DNA of 64,000 nt from a virus (lineage: Duplodnaviria > Caudoviricetes), in the IMG/VR virus record IMGVR_UViG_3300032312_001422, positions 192,001 to 256,000 of that record; one strand, given 5' to 3'. The notes beneath the pieces are model-generated. The model was not told the origin of the DNA. It saw only the letters and a program-made list of their open reading frames with translations, and ran no database searches. The position numbers were made by a program, and so were the translations under genes. Shown here piece after piece: positions 38,519 to 48,574 of the stretch (positions are counted from its first letter, which is position 1; every line of letters begins with the position of its first letter).

Positions 38519-40696
38519 TTATTCTCTTGGGTCATCTGTGCTGTTGGCGTTTACTTGCACCGTCAACGGCTGTGCGTATGCATTGGCCACTGCCGCATCA
38601 CGTTCTTCTGCGGTCATGCCCGGTGGCAAGGGAGTGTTGTTGCCACCATCACCGGCAGGCTGACTTGGATTGGTCTGTGATAACTCTTTGTCAATCCTTG
38701 AGCCCAATTCAACAGGGTTTCTACCATCGCCGTTTCTTGCCAGTTCAAATGCAGTTGGAATTTCGTCGTTATGAATTCTAGCCAAATTTAATACCTGTTC
38801 AAATTTTCCGCTGGCAAATTTATTAGTAATCGACACTATTATATATTGGCCACTAAACAGGCTTTGGCTATATTTAGGTTGGGGATAAGCCAGGCCTTGA
38901 TTTCCATCTTCGTAGTCAAGATCCATGTCAACAGGAGAATTTATAATTACACGCACGGCCACTTGACCGCGATCCATGGGAATATGTCCGTACTTTTGAG
39001 TATAATCTGCACTTGATATGTCCCACTGTGAAAAATCAGTGTTGTCTCTGGGGTCAGGCACATATAACCAATCGTCTTGTTTGATCAAAGTGGGGTCACC
39101 CACAATGGTCAATTGCAATGATAACATTTCCTGACTTTGTGCAGTATATATGCTTTTTAACACGTCGGCCGAAACCTGTGCTGCCGGACGGTCTTTGACA
39201 TTCATTGTTGAGGTTACATTAACATCGTCCACAACAAATCTATACTGTAACGGAGTAACTGTTGATATTGACGCCAATTGCGGAAACATTTTTGTAAAAA
39301 TTGTTGGATTTAGTGCGACTCTTGCATTGTCTCCCACAGCAGTATTATTTGCAACAGCTACGTCAGTATCTCTGGTTGAATCTTCGGCAGCCTTGGCACT
39401 AGTAAATGCCAAAATTGCGGTGTAATAGGTGCTGTCAAAATTTATTTTAAGGTCAATGATATCTGTATTCAAGCCAGTATAAATGTAATTGTAGTATTTG
39501 GTTGTGTAGGGATAGCTGTTGGCCAGCTGCGTTGCTGCCGGATGTTTGGCGTTCCATATGGCATACTGATGTATATTATAAGTTACAAGTTTAGGGTACA
39601 GATTGGTGATTATATCAATGGCGGGACCATGGCGTTGTCCCGCAAAATCCACACCACCATATTCTAATTTTGTTGTAGTTTTAAAAGCATTAAACACCTT
39701 TGTTGGGTCAAGAAGGTCGGGATTTTCGTTAAGAGTGGCTTCTAAGCCCAACTGTTCTCGTATTAAAAAATCGCTATGGGCCATTACCTTGGTAATGATA
39801 TCCAGTATCGGAGTTCCGCGAGGAATATCAAATGTTGAATTTTTTAAATCTATTTGCTTGACTTTGGGGTTGGCCTTGGCTAGCGATACTTTGGTTTCAT
39901 TAACTATTTTAGATTCGGCAATCTTGGGGTCGATTTTAAAAAAGATTCCGTCGGCTAGAATTGCTTGTTTTTGCCTTACTTTTAAGTTACAAAATTCTTG
40001 CCACTGTTTTGCCAGACCGGCCGGTCCGTTGAAAAATTCCTCGACGGTGCCGGCAGTAATATTAAACTGTTCGGGTGTGACACTATATGTGGTTGATTGG
40101 TGTGCCATACCGCCACTGGGCACAAAATCTATCTTGTATTCTGTACCGCGTGTGGTAACCTCAAGCTTCATGGTCAATATTCTGATAGGAAAACGCTTGT
40201 TATAAGTGGTAATGTCCGAACGACCTTTGGGGATTTGCTCACCATTGTCGTCGTAACCAAAAAATTCCAATTGCAACATGTATGGATTTTCGCAATAGTT
40301 ATTGAATGTTGTTCCGTCAAAGGATGCTGCAACCAATGAATCGATCAAAGTCACACCATATGGTTCTAATATAGTCAGTGAACCACGAACTGTGTTACTG
40401 CTTCTACTGGTTTTGTTTGGTGCCACCACAGTATCAAACTGCACATTTTGTATGTGATAATTTAATCCAATGGTTCCGGGCTGTCTATCATTGGGATAGC
40501 GGCCGCCATCTTGGGCCACAACAAAACTTTTCTTAGAAGGTTTCCAGTTCAGTGCTTCTTCTGGTCCCAATGAATTCATGAGCTCATTATAATCTTTGGG
40601 ATCTAACCACCATAGACTCCAGGAGTAGGTGTAAGATGCGAATCGATGTAAAGGATTGACGATTGCAGCAGTTTCTGCTTGACGTTTGATAGCCAT
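38519..40696 (-). CDS. Baseplate hub protein (gp27-like position)
   Basis: NPLHRFASYTYSWSL N-terminus and LTIVGDP...FSGQYIIVSITNKFASGKFEQVL C-terminal hub-type motif; lies between the gp53-like and gp5-like genes. Confidence 0.6.
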   Translation of the reverse strand: MAIKRQAETAAIVNPLHRFASYTYSWSLWWLDPKDYNELMNSLGPEEALNWKPSKKSFVVAQDGGRYPNDRQPGTIGLNYHIQNVQFDTVVAPNKTSRSSNTVRGSLTILEPYGVTLIDSLVAASFDGTTFNNYCENPYMLQLEFFGYDDNGEQIPKGRSDITTYNKRFPIRILTMKLEVTTRGTEYKIDFVPSGGMAHQSTTYSVTPEQFNITAGTVEEFFNGPAGLAKQWQEFCNLKVRQKQAILADGIFFKIDPKIAESKIVNETKVSLAKANPKVKQIDLKNSTFDIPRGTPILDIITKVMAHSDFLIREQLGLEATLNENPDLLDPTKVFNAFKTTTKLEYGGVDFAGQRHGPAIDIITNLYPKLVTYNIHQYAIWNAKHPAATQLANSYPYTTKYYNYIYTGLNTDIIDLKINFDSTYYTAILAFTSAKAAEDSTRDTDVAVANNTAVGDNARVALNPTIFTKMFPQLASISTVTPLQYRFVVDDVNVTSTMNVKDRPAAQVSADVLKSIYTAQSQEMLSLQLTIVGDPTLIKQDDWLYVPDPRDNTDFSQWDISSADYTQKYGHIPMDRGQVAVRVIINSPVDMDLDYEDGNQGLAYPQPKYSQSLFSGQYIIVSITNKFASGKFEQVLNLARIHNDEIPTAFELARNGDGRNPVELGSRIDKELSQTNPSQPAGDGGNNTPLPPGMTAEERDAAVANAYAQPLTVQVNANSTDDPRE

Positions 40697-40698
40697 TG

Positions 40699-41001
40699 TT
40701 AAATGCCTAGTATTTGCTGTTGAATAACTGTTTTGGTAGGAACGTAAATAATTGTGCCTGTTGTAAAATTCAGTAAAGGATCTTTTAATACGTCAGGATT
40801 GCGTATAGCAAATACCCACCATAGACTGCTGTCTTGATACATGTCGTTGGCCAATAGGTCTGGTCGCAGATTGTATATTTGGTCAATTTGATATACCGCA
40901 TCTGTCATGTTAGCAGAAATAGTCTTACCTGGCCACACGTCTAGGAACTTGCCCCAAGTTTGTGTTCCAGCATATGGACTAGTGCGTGAATAGGTTGCCA
41001 T
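40699..41001 (-). CDS. Baseplate wedge protein (gp53/LysM-like)
   Basis: YQIDQIYNLRPDLLANDMYQDSSLWWVFAIRNPD..DPLLNF..G..IYVP. Confidence 0.75.
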   Translation of the reverse strand: MATYSRTSPYAGTQTWGKFLDVWPGKTISANMTDAVYQIDQIYNLRPDLLANDMYQDSSLWWVFAIRNPDVLKDPLLNFTTGTIIYVPTKTVIQQQILGI

Positions 41002-42011
41002 TATAGGAAGCCACCATTTTTAACGGTGTTGTTGACATGCTTTGTTGGCTGTGTGGCACCAAATGCTGTGGCAGGATTGTTGCCTCTGACCGGATTGATC
41101 AACGCACCACGAGCAAAGTCTTCTAGGCTGAATCCTTGACTTTGTGCATAACGACTGTACACTGGCTGTAGCATCAATGTCATCTGACTGGTAGTAGGCA
41201 AGCGAGTGCTGTTTAGTCTAGGATTCAGGCCCATGCCGCCGCGAGTGACACTGGGTTCAGGAATGTCCACATAGTCTACATCTGCTGGCATGGTATGACT
41301 AAAGCTAGTTACCACACAAGGCACGTTTGGCAAGTAGTATTGTCCATACCCGTTCAAATAAACAATTGGCGGAGGATTGCCTGCATTGGGCCCTGCACCA
41401 AAGAACATTTTGGTACAGCTTCTAAAGAAATAGATAGCAGCCAACAAGTATTGGCCTTCGTTGATGTTTTGCACAGTAAAATCTGTTGTGAGTGTTATTG
41501 CACTAACTTCACTGTTGTCATAAAAATACTGAGCATAGTTGCTGTGTGTCAATTTCTGTGGAGTGTAGCTGGCAGTATGTTGTACAGTTATTGTTGGAGT
41601 ATAGGGAAACACCACACCCACTCTTTTTGTTCCGCCCAGGCCGGTTAACTGCCCAATTGCCGAACCAATGCTGTTGTCAGAACCGCCGCCGGATTCTATT
41701 AGCGGACTCAATAGAGCATTGCCTTGCGGATCATTATAAAAATACTTGCTGTTTGGTGCTAGACTCACACGCACACGCCAATCAGCACTGGCGCTGGGAA
41801 ATGCCGGGTAAACAAATCTAGGAGCTGGTCCTGTTGTTCTGCTACTGTATCTAAACATGTCAGCTACATTTTGTCGGCCGCTCATGCCATTGGGTGCTAG
41901 CCCCACGGCACCCAACAATCCGTTGTTGATGCTTTGTCCCAATTGGGCGCCAATCGACTGCGAGCCGTTAGCAGGGCTTCCTTGTAATTGTGCGTTGGAT
42001 AAAACTGGCAT
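41001..42011 (-). CDS. Tail tube initiator / baseplate-tube junction protein (gp48/gp54-like)
   Basis: VVFPYTPTI...FTVQN...FFRSCTKMFFG...PPPIVYLNGYG...PCVVTSFSHTMPADVDY. Confidence 0.6.
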   Translation of the reverse strand: MPVLSNAQLQGSPANGSQSIGAQLGQSINNGLLGAVGLAPNGMSGRQNVADMFRYSSRTTGPAPRFVYPAFPSASADWRVRVSLAPNSKYFYNDPQGNALLSPLIESGGGSDNSIGSAIGQLTGLGGTKRVGVVFPYTPTITVQHTASYTPQKLTHSNYAQYFYDNSEVSAITLTTDFTVQNINEGQYLLAAIYFFRSCTKMFFGAGPNAGNPPPIVYLNGYGQYYLPNVPCVVTSFSHTMPADVDYVDIPEPSVTRGGMGLNPRLNSTRLPTTSQMTLMLQPVYSRYAQSQGFSLEDFARGALINPVRGNNPATAFGATQPTKHVNNTVKNGGFL

Positions 42012-42031
42012 TATGATTCCTGGTTATACAG

Positions 42032-42039
42032 TATTTATA
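42032..42039 (-). promoter_or_regulatory. T4 late promoter, perfect TATAAATA
   Basis: Exact T4 late consensus 21 nt upstream of the baseplate operon start at 42011. Confidence 0.8.
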
Positions 42040-42088
42040 GATATCAATAACGGCGTAGATAATGTTTTTGGTATTTTTCAAAATTAGG

Positions 42089-42117
42089 TTGACCTGGACC
42101 AGTAAATATGTTAGTAT
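42089..42117 (+). promoter_or_regulatory. Sigma70-type promoter TTGACC-N17-TAGTAT (extended -10 TGn) for gp55
   Basis: TTGACC tggaccagtaaatatgt TAGTAT; the spacer also contains GTAAATA. Confidence 0.7.
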
Positions 42118-42141
42118 GTGCTAACTTTAAAGGAAATACAG

Positions 42142-43032
42142 GTGCGCCATAATTATCTTAACAACAAAGACATTCTAAAAGAGATTCACAAAAGCAAAAC
42201 AACCTATTGCACATTTACAGATCCAGAATATCATGCTTACGATTTAATACTTCCGGACGTGGGCAAAATAAACAAAAAGAACATAATGTTGGCTCGCAAA
42301 GAGCGATGCGTTAGATTGGCCAAATTAGCCCTGGAAGCGGCCATGGCGGACGGTACCAAACGCAAATTAGATGAATTTGAAGTCAAACTCAAAGACGTCA
42401 AAGATACCGATGTGGTTTTTCGTATCATGACCTGGGATCATATTCCTGTGGATGATGTAAAGTCACGTAAGGCTGCTGTCAAGGCTCTGGAAGAGGAAGA
42501 AGGTGCTGTGCCACGCAGTGAGTACGACGATGATGATTTGGACTTGATTGGCAACACCAAATATGTCAAATGTAATTTCCCACCGTTTCAACACTACAAG
42601 GTTGACGAAGCTGGCGAGCCTGTGTGCGTGGGCAAAAGCCACTGGAAGGGCGATTTAGAAAAAGGCGCATTCAATCGCGAACACGGCAAAATGACTCCCA
42701 AGTTGGCTCACATGTTTATCAAACTGTGTGAACGCTATGCCACACGCTCAAACTGGCGTGGCTACACATACAATGACGAAATGCGTAGTCAAGCATTACT
42801 ACAATTAAGTCAAATTGGACTTCAATTTGACGAAGCAAAAAGTCAAAATCCATTTGCTTACTACACAGCCGCCATTACCAATTCATTTACCAGAGTGCTT
42901 AATATTGAAAAACGTAATCAAAACTTACGCGATGATATTTTAGAAATGAACAACTTGACTCCTAGTTACACACGCCAGGGAATGAAAATTTCTGCAACAA
43001 GTGGTGGTAGCGATGGCGGTTACGATGATTGA
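42142..43032 (+). CDS. gp55: Late transcription sigma factor (T4 gp55-like) with a long N-terminal extension; probable GTG start at 42142
   Basis: NWRGYTYNDEMRSQALLQL...FDEAKSQNPFAYYTAAITNSFTRVLNIEKRNQ; AAGGA RBS upstream of the GTG. Confidence 0.85.
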   Translation: MRHNYLNNKDILKEIHKSKTTYCTFTDPEYHAYDLILPDVGKINKKNIMLARKERCVRLAKLALEAAMADGTKRKLDEFEVKLKDVKDTDVVFRIMTWDHIPVDDVKSRKAAVKALEEEEGAVPRSEYDDDDLDLIGNTKYVKCNFPPFQHYKVDEAGEPVCVGKSHWKGDLEKGAFNREHGKMTPKLAHMFIKLCERYATRSNWRGYTYNDEMRSQALLQLSQIGLQFDEAKSQNPFAYYTAAITNSFTRVLNIEKRNQNLRDDILEMNNLTPSYTRQGMKISATSGGSDGGYDD

Positions 43033-43044
43033 ACAAATTAACGT

Positions 43045-43073
43045 TTGATCTTTTCCATTAATTAGTCTATACT
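43045..43073 (+). promoter_or_regulatory. Sigma70-type promoter TTGATC-N17-TATACT for gp47/46
   Basis: TTGATC ttttccattaattagtc TATACT immediately upstream of the ATG at 43081. Confidence 0.7.
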
Positions 43074-43080
43074 AAGTGTT

Positions 43081-44100
43081 ATGACTAATCTATTCAAACG
43101 AGCCGCTGTCTTTACAGACATACACTTTGGGTTAAAATCAAACAGTACCTTACACAATGAGGACTGTTTGAACTTTGTTAAATGGGCCACTGCCAAAGCC
43201 AAGGAAGAAGGTTGCGAAACTTGCATGTTCTTGGGTGACTGGCACAACAATCGTGCATCAATCAATATTCTCACATTGGGCTATAGTCTACGTGCCCTGG
43301 AGCACTTGAATGAAAACTTCGAACAAACTTTCTTTATTCCTGGAAATCACGATTTGTATTATCGCGACAAGCGAGATGTACAGAGTGTGGAATGGGCAAA
43401 GCACCTTAATAGAATACACATTTGTAACGACTGGACTACTCATGGCGATGTTACTATTGCTCCGTGGCTAGTGGGCGACGATTTTAAACGCTTAAAGAAA
43501 CTAAAAGGCAAGTACATGTTTGGGCATTTTGAGTTGCCCGGCTACCTGATGAATGCCATGGTGGCCATGCCTGATCATGGTGAAGTTGATCCCAAAAACG
43601 ACTTAAAAGGATTTGAACATGTGTTCAGTGGGCACTTCCACAAACGACAAACCAAAGGCAACATCACCTATTTGGGCAACTGTTTCCCACACAACTATGC
43701 CGATGCTGGCGACGACGACCGTGGCATGATGGTGTTAGAATGGGATAAACCTCCGGTATATCATGCCTGGCCCGATCAGCCCATGTATCGTGTGTTCCAA
43801 CTGAGTGATGTGCTCAAACACACTGAGGTCATGCTCAAACCCAATATGCACGTTAGAGTTAACTTGGACATTGATATCAGCTACGAAGAAGCTACCTTTA
43901 TCAAAGAAACTTTTATTGACACGTATAAGCTACGTGAGATTACACTTATCCCTGCCAAAGTCACAGACTTGACTGAATATGAAATACAAGGTAACATAGC
44001 ATTCGAGTCAGTGGATCAAATTGTATACGGACAATTAAGCAACATTGACAGTGAACAGTTTAATAAAAACTTGTTGTTGGATATTTACAGAAACTTATGA
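43081..44100 (+). CDS. gp47: Recombination nuclease subunit (Mre11/SbcD-like)
   Basis: Metallophosphoesterase motifs TDIHFG, LGDWHN, PGNHD and SGHFH. Confidence 0.92.
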   Translation: MTNLFKRAAVFTDIHFGLKSNSTLHNEDCLNFVKWATAKAKEEGCETCMFLGDWHNNRASINILTLGYSLRALEHLNENFEQTFFIPGNHDLYYRDKRDVQSVEWAKHLNRIHICNDWTTHGDVTIAPWLVGDDFKRLKKLKGKYMFGHFELPGYLMNAMVAMPDHGEVDPKNDLKGFEHVFSGHFHKRQTKGNITYLGNCFPHNYADAGDDDRGMMVLEWDKPPVYHAWPDQPMYRVFQLSDVLKHTEVMLKPNMHVRVNLDIDISYEEATFIKETFIDTYKLREITLIPAKVTDLTEYEIQGNIAFESVDQIVYGQLSNIDSEQFNKNLLLDIYRNL

Positions 44101-44468
44101 CACTGGACAGTATCAAGCAACAATTACATGCTCAATATCAAATTGTCGACTTTGTTGATTTGCAAGAATATGATCAATTGCCAGAAGGACACTTGTACAC
44201 AAAAATTAAAATGTGTCACAAAGACCAATTTGATGACAATGAACGTATAGTGTTTGTTGCGCCTGCTACACTTAAGAAATCGTACAGCGACGAACCATAT
44301 GATATTTTAATCACCTTGCAAAAATACATACAGCACAAGGACATTCCACATTTTTTTATTGTTGTAATATCCAATGTGGCTTCTATTAAAAACGACTTGG
44401 ATTACATTCACAAAAAATATAATCCAAAAGAAATTGATTCTATCACACTTATGTGTTACAATACCTAA
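44097..44468 (+). CDS. Hypothetical protein (123 aa) between gp47 and gp46
   Basis: ATGA overlap with the gp47 stop; ends 2 nt before the gp46 ATG. Confidence 0.7.
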   Translation: MTLDSIKQQLHAQYQIVDFVDLQEYDQLPEGHLYTKIKMCHKDQFDDNERIVFVAPATLKKSYSDEPYDILITLQKYIQHKDIPHFFIVVISNVASIKNDLDYIHKKYNPKEIDSITLMCYNT

Positions 44469-44470
44469 CT

Positions 44471-46240
44471 ATGTTTAAAATAAAAGACCTCACTGTTAAA
44501 AACTTTATGAGTGTGGGTAACACCACACAGGCAGTTAACTTTGATCGACAAGACTTGACTCTTGTGCTAGGTGAAAACTTAGACTTGGGTGGCGATGATT
44601 CTGGTGCTAGAAATGGCACAGGCAAGACCACTATTATCAATGCCTTGAGCTATGCTCTATACGGCAACGCATTAACAAACATCAAAAAAGACAATCTAAT
44701 CAACAAGACCAATGCCAAGAACATGATGGTCACCATTGATTTTGAAAAGGAAGGCGTCAGCTACCGAATAGAACGTGGACGTAAACCCAACACTATGAAA
44801 TTTTTTGTTGGCGACAGCGAACAAGAAATTACCGACGATGCACAAGGCGACAGCCGAGAAACGCAACAAGAAATAGAACGTATGCTGGGCATGAGTCACG
44901 ACATGTTCAAGCATATTGTGGCACTAAACACTTACACAGAACCATTCCTGGCACTCAAAGCCAATGATCAGCGTACCATCATTGAGCAGTTACTTGGTAT
45001 TACATTGCTGAGTGAAAAAGCAGACAAGCTAAAGGAAGCTGGCAAAGCAACCAAAGATGCTATCACACAAGAAGAGTTTCGTATCAAAGCTGTAGGCGAT
45101 GCTAATAAACGTATTGAAGAACAGATTGAGTCGCTGAAACGCAGACAAAAATTGTGGGCAGACAAACATGCAGAAGATATACAGAAATTACAGACAGGAA
45201 TCGAAGAGCTTCAGAAAATTGATATCCAGGCCGAGATTCAGGCACACCAAACGTTCAAGACATGGGATCAAACCAGAAAGGATATCAATGAACTATCGTC
45301 GGCGATTGGTCGCACAAAACTGGACCTTTCCCGTGAGGAAAAAACGATTGGCAAGATATCAGCAGAACTTGTTTCGTTGGAAAATCATACGTGCCATACC
45401 TGTGGACAGGATTTCCATGACGAGAAGCACCAATCAGTACTGGGACTCAAGCAGAGAGACTTGGCTGGAGCAAAGGAAGCAGCGGATGCCTTTACTGCCA
45501 CTCTGGGTGAATTACAGTCAGCTCACGATGGGTTGGGCAAGCTAGGACCACGCCCTGAAACATTTTACGATCGAGAGTCGGATGCTATTCATCATCAAGC
45601 CACGGTTGATAACTTGATTCGGCAACTGGAAACCAAGTCAGTTGAACAAGACCCGTATGCCGAACAAATAGCAGAAATGCAAACACAAGGTGTAGAAGAA
45701 GTCAGTTTTGATGTGATTAACGAACTAAACAACCTTAGAGAACATCAAGAGTTCTTGCTCAAACTGCTGACCAACAAAGATTCATTTATTCGTAAACGTA
45801 TTATCGATCAGAATTTAAGTTATTTAAATGCCCGCTTGGGACAATACCTGGACCGTATCGGCTTACCACACACAGTCAAGTTCAACAACGATTTGACTGT
45901 AGCCATTACAGAGTTGGGTAGAGATTTGGACTTTGACAATCTAAGTCGCGGAGAACGCAATCGCTTGATTTTATCCTTGAGCTGGAGCTTCCGCGATGTT
46001 TGGGAAAGTTTGTATCAACCCATTAACTTGTTGTTCATTGACGAGTTAGTAGACAGCGGTATGGATAGTTCGGGTGTTGAAAACAGCCTGGCTATCCTGA
46101 AAAAGATGAGTCGCGAAGCCAACAAAAGTATTTGGTTGGTGTCGCACAAGGATGAATTGGCAGGTCGTGTCAATAATACACTACACGTGGTCAAAGAAAA
46201 TGGCTATACCAGTTACAATACGGATGTAGATATTGTATAA
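44471..46240 (+). CDS. gp46: Recombination ATPase subunit (Rad50/SbcC-like); start revised to 44471
   Basis: MFKIKDLTVKNFMSVGN, Walker A GARNGTGKTT, Zn-hook CHTC, signature LSRGE and Walker B LLFIDE. Confidence 0.93.
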   Translation: MFKIKDLTVKNFMSVGNTTQAVNFDRQDLTLVLGENLDLGGDDSGARNGTGKTTIINALSYALYGNALTNIKKDNLINKTNAKNMMVTIDFEKEGVSYRIERGRKPNTMKFFVGDSEQEITDDAQGDSRETQQEIERMLGMSHDMFKHIVALNTYTEPFLALKANDQRTIIEQLLGITLLSEKADKLKEAGKATKDAITQEEFRIKAVGDANKRIEEQIESLKRRQKLWADKHAEDIQKLQTGIEELQKIDIQAEIQAHQTFKTWDQTRKDINELSSAIGRTKLDLSREEKTIGKISAELVSLENHTCHTCGQDFHDEKHQSVLGLKQRDLAGAKEAADAFTATLGELQSAHDGLGKLGPRPETFYDRESDAIHHQATVDNLIRQLETKSVEQDPYAEQIAEMQTQGVEEVSFDVINELNNLREHQEFLLKLLTNKDSFIRKRIIDQNLSYLNARLGQYLDRIGLPHTVKFNNDLTVAITELGRDLDFDNLSRGERNRLILSLSWSFRDVWESLYQPINLLFIDELVDSGMDSSGVENSLAILKKMSREANKSIWLVSHKDELAGRVNNTLHVVKENGYTSYNTDVDIV

Positions 46241-47078
46241 AGTTGTACACATTGAATCCACTGATGTATGTCAGGCCGCTTGTCCGTTATGTGCTCGCGA
46301 AACTGACACTGAATTTAATAAAGCAACAAAGCATCATTTAACTGTAGAACAAGTGCAACAACACTTGTCAGATAACGATATTGCCAATCTAGATAAAATG
46401 TTCATGTGCGGCAACTACGGTGATCCTGCTGCTGGATTACATACATTAGAGATTTATGATTACTTTAGAAAAATTAATCCTGCTATTACATTGGGTATGA
46501 ATACCAACGGTGGTATTCGTGGGCAGTGGTGGTGGAATCAAATTGGACAAAGATTTAATCGTCCACAGGACTACGTTGTTTTTAGCATAGACGGCTTAGA
46601 AGATACCAATCATATATACAGAAAAAATGTAAATTGGAATAGTGTTATGTTTAATACTCAAGCGTTCATTGATGCAGGCGGAAGTGCTCACTGGGATATG
46701 CTGGTGTATAAGCACAACGAACATCAAGTTGATGCTTGCGAACAACTGGCACGTGACATGGGCTTTAAATGGTTTCGTGCCAAGATCAGCAAGCGACCAT
46801 ATATTAACGGATTAGAGTTTCCTGTGGGCTGGCAAAATCCTGTGCAAGAGTCTGGCGATATTCAATGTATCGCAATAAAAGATCAAAGCGTTTATATAGA
46901 TGCACAGGGACGAGCAAGTCCATGCTGTTGGTTAGGTAGTACACAAACAGATTTTGTTACCTTAGAACAAGCACAAGCAACATGGGCAAGCAATCCACAT
47001 CCTACTTGTCGTGCTACCTGTTCTGGTGTCAATAACAGTTTTACTAACCAATGGCAACGTGAGGTAGAATTATGTTAG
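46233..47078 (+). CDS. Radical SAM protein (TTG start, overlapping the gp46 stop)
   Basis: CQAACPLC, MCGNYGDP, TNGG and FSIDGL; C-terminal PCCW...CRATC. Confidence 0.85.
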   Translation: MYKVVHIESTDVCQAACPLCARETDTEFNKATKHHLTVEQVQQHLSDNDIANLDKMFMCGNYGDPAAGLHTLEIYDYFRKINPAITLGMNTNGGIRGQWWWNQIGQRFNRPQDYVVFSIDGLEDTNHIYRKNVNWNSVMFNTQAFIDAGGSAHWDMLVYKHNEHQVDACEQLARDMGFKWFRAKISKRPYINGLEFPVGWQNPVQESGDIQCIAIKDQSVYIDAQGRASPCCWLGSTQTDFVTLEQAQATWASNPHPTCRATCSGVNNSFTNQWQREVELC

Positions 47079-48079
47079 CCACTTGGCACTTTCACATTGA
47101 AATAAGCTCAAAGTGTACCTTGCGTTGTCCTCGCTGTGCTAGACAAGAAGTACCTGCAGGGTTAGTTAACACAGAATTAGATTTAGAGTTTTTTAAACGT
47201 AACTTTACACCAGAATTTATTTTATCCAATGTAGAAAAGATTACATTCTGCGGTGACGACGGCGATCCCGTATATGCACACGATCTTGTTCCTGTAATAG
47301 AGTATATTAAAAGCGTTAAACCTGTAGAAATTGTCGTTATTACCAATGGATCGCACAAACGAGAAACGTGGTGGAGTGAGCTAGGTAGTGTGCTAGACGA
47401 TACAGATACTGTACACTTTAGTATAGATGGCTGGGACAATGCCAGCAATAACTTGTATCGTGTCAATAGCGACTTTGATAGTATCATCAAAGGTATTGTG
47501 GGCCTACGTCGTACTTCGGCATGTAGATTGGTTTGGGCTGCCATTGCATTCAAGTTCAACGAAGATCACCTTGATCGTATGCAGTCAATGGCTCAGCAAT
47601 TAGGTATGGACGTGTTCCAGATTACTAAGAGTACCAAGTTTGGCAGTATATATCCTGGATACGGAATCAACGATGTATTAGAGCCCAGCAACAAATATGT
47701 TAGCAAGACAAAACGATTTGAACGAGAAGTCATTGCTCTTACACAAAAAATCACGTACACTGAACACAAGATTAATGTTGATTTGTACAATCAAGTCAAG
47801 GACAACACAGAGATTGTGCCCTTGTGTGAAATAGGAAACAAAGGTTTATATATAGATGCACAGGGTAGATTGTTTCCGTGCTGTTGGGTGGCCAATAGAT
47901 ACAGCCACAACACAGAATGGCAGGAGTTGGCCAATCAGTTTGATTTAAAGCAACGCACATTGGCAGAAGTAGTAGCAGATCCATTTTGGGAATCAGAGTT
48001 TAAACAATTTCGCTGGCAAGAGTGTCAAACCAAGTGTGCAAAAGCAGTGGTAAATCAAGACTATGCTACAAATTGGTAA
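47072..48079 (+). CDS. Radical SAM protein with twitch/SPASM-type C-terminal Cys cluster
   Basis: CTLRCPRC, FCGDDGDP, TNGS, FSIDG and FPCCW...CQTKC; paralog of 46233..47078. Confidence 0.88.
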   Translation: MLATWHFHIEISSKCTLRCPRCARQEVPAGLVNTELDLEFFKRNFTPEFILSNVEKITFCGDDGDPVYAHDLVPVIEYIKSVKPVEIVVITNGSHKRETWWSELGSVLDDTDTVHFSIDGWDNASNNLYRVNSDFDSIIKGIVGLRRTSACRLVWAAIAFKFNEDHLDRMQSMAQQLGMDVFQITKSTKFGSIYPGYGINDVLEPSNKYVSKTKRFEREVIALTQKITYTEHKINVDLYNQVKDNTEIVPLCEIGNKGLYIDAQGRLFPCCWVANRYSHNTEWQELANQFDLKQRTLAEVVADPFWESEFKQFRWQECQTKCAKAVVNQDYATNW

Positions 48080-48099
48080 CAAAGAGATAACTACTATGC

Positions 48100-48528
48100 A
48101 TGACATGGCTTTACGAACAATCACTAGTAGAAACTCTACCCGAAGACTGTGTTGGTTTTGTTTACCTAATAACAAACAAACTGACCGGTAGGAAGTATAT
48201 TGGCAAAAAATTAGCAAAATTTAGCAAGACCACTTACCGAATGGTCAAGTTGAAAAATGGTAAAAAGAAACGCAAGAAGATTCGTGGTAAAATTGATTCA
48301 GATTGGCAGACATACTATGGCTCCAGTCCTGAATTAACAAAAGATGTGATTGCATTGGGTGTTGACAATTTCAGTAGAGAAATACTATACTACTGTAAAA
48401 GTAAATCTGAATGCAGTTACATTGAGGCGAGAGAACAATTTGCTCGCAGAGTTTTAGAAACTACAGATTATTATAACGGACACATACAGGTCCGTGTACA
48501 TGGCTCACATATTATCAACAAGATTTAG
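48100..48528 (+). CDS. Minimal GIY-YIG endonuclease with a basic insertion and no C-terminal DNA-binding modules
   Basis: GFVYLITNKLTGRKYIGKK (GIY...YIG), YYGSS, FSREIL, YIEAREQF (putative metal-binding Glu) and YYNG (Asn). Confidence 0.85.
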   Translation: MTWLYEQSLVETLPEDCVGFVYLITNKLTGRKYIGKKLAKFSKTTYRMVKLKNGKKKRKKIRGKIDSDWQTYYGSSPELTKDVIALGVDNFSREILYYCKSKSECSYIEAREQFARRVLETTDYYNGHIQVRVHGSHIINKI

Positions 48529-48574
48529 CATACCTGACTCAAAGTCATTCTGCAATAAACACAAAGTTATACTC

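Noticed and set aside
44097-44468. Possible pseudogene fragment between gp47 and gp46
   Set aside because: It has clean coupling at both ends and no adjacent out-of-frame continuation, so it is treated as a small intact ORF.
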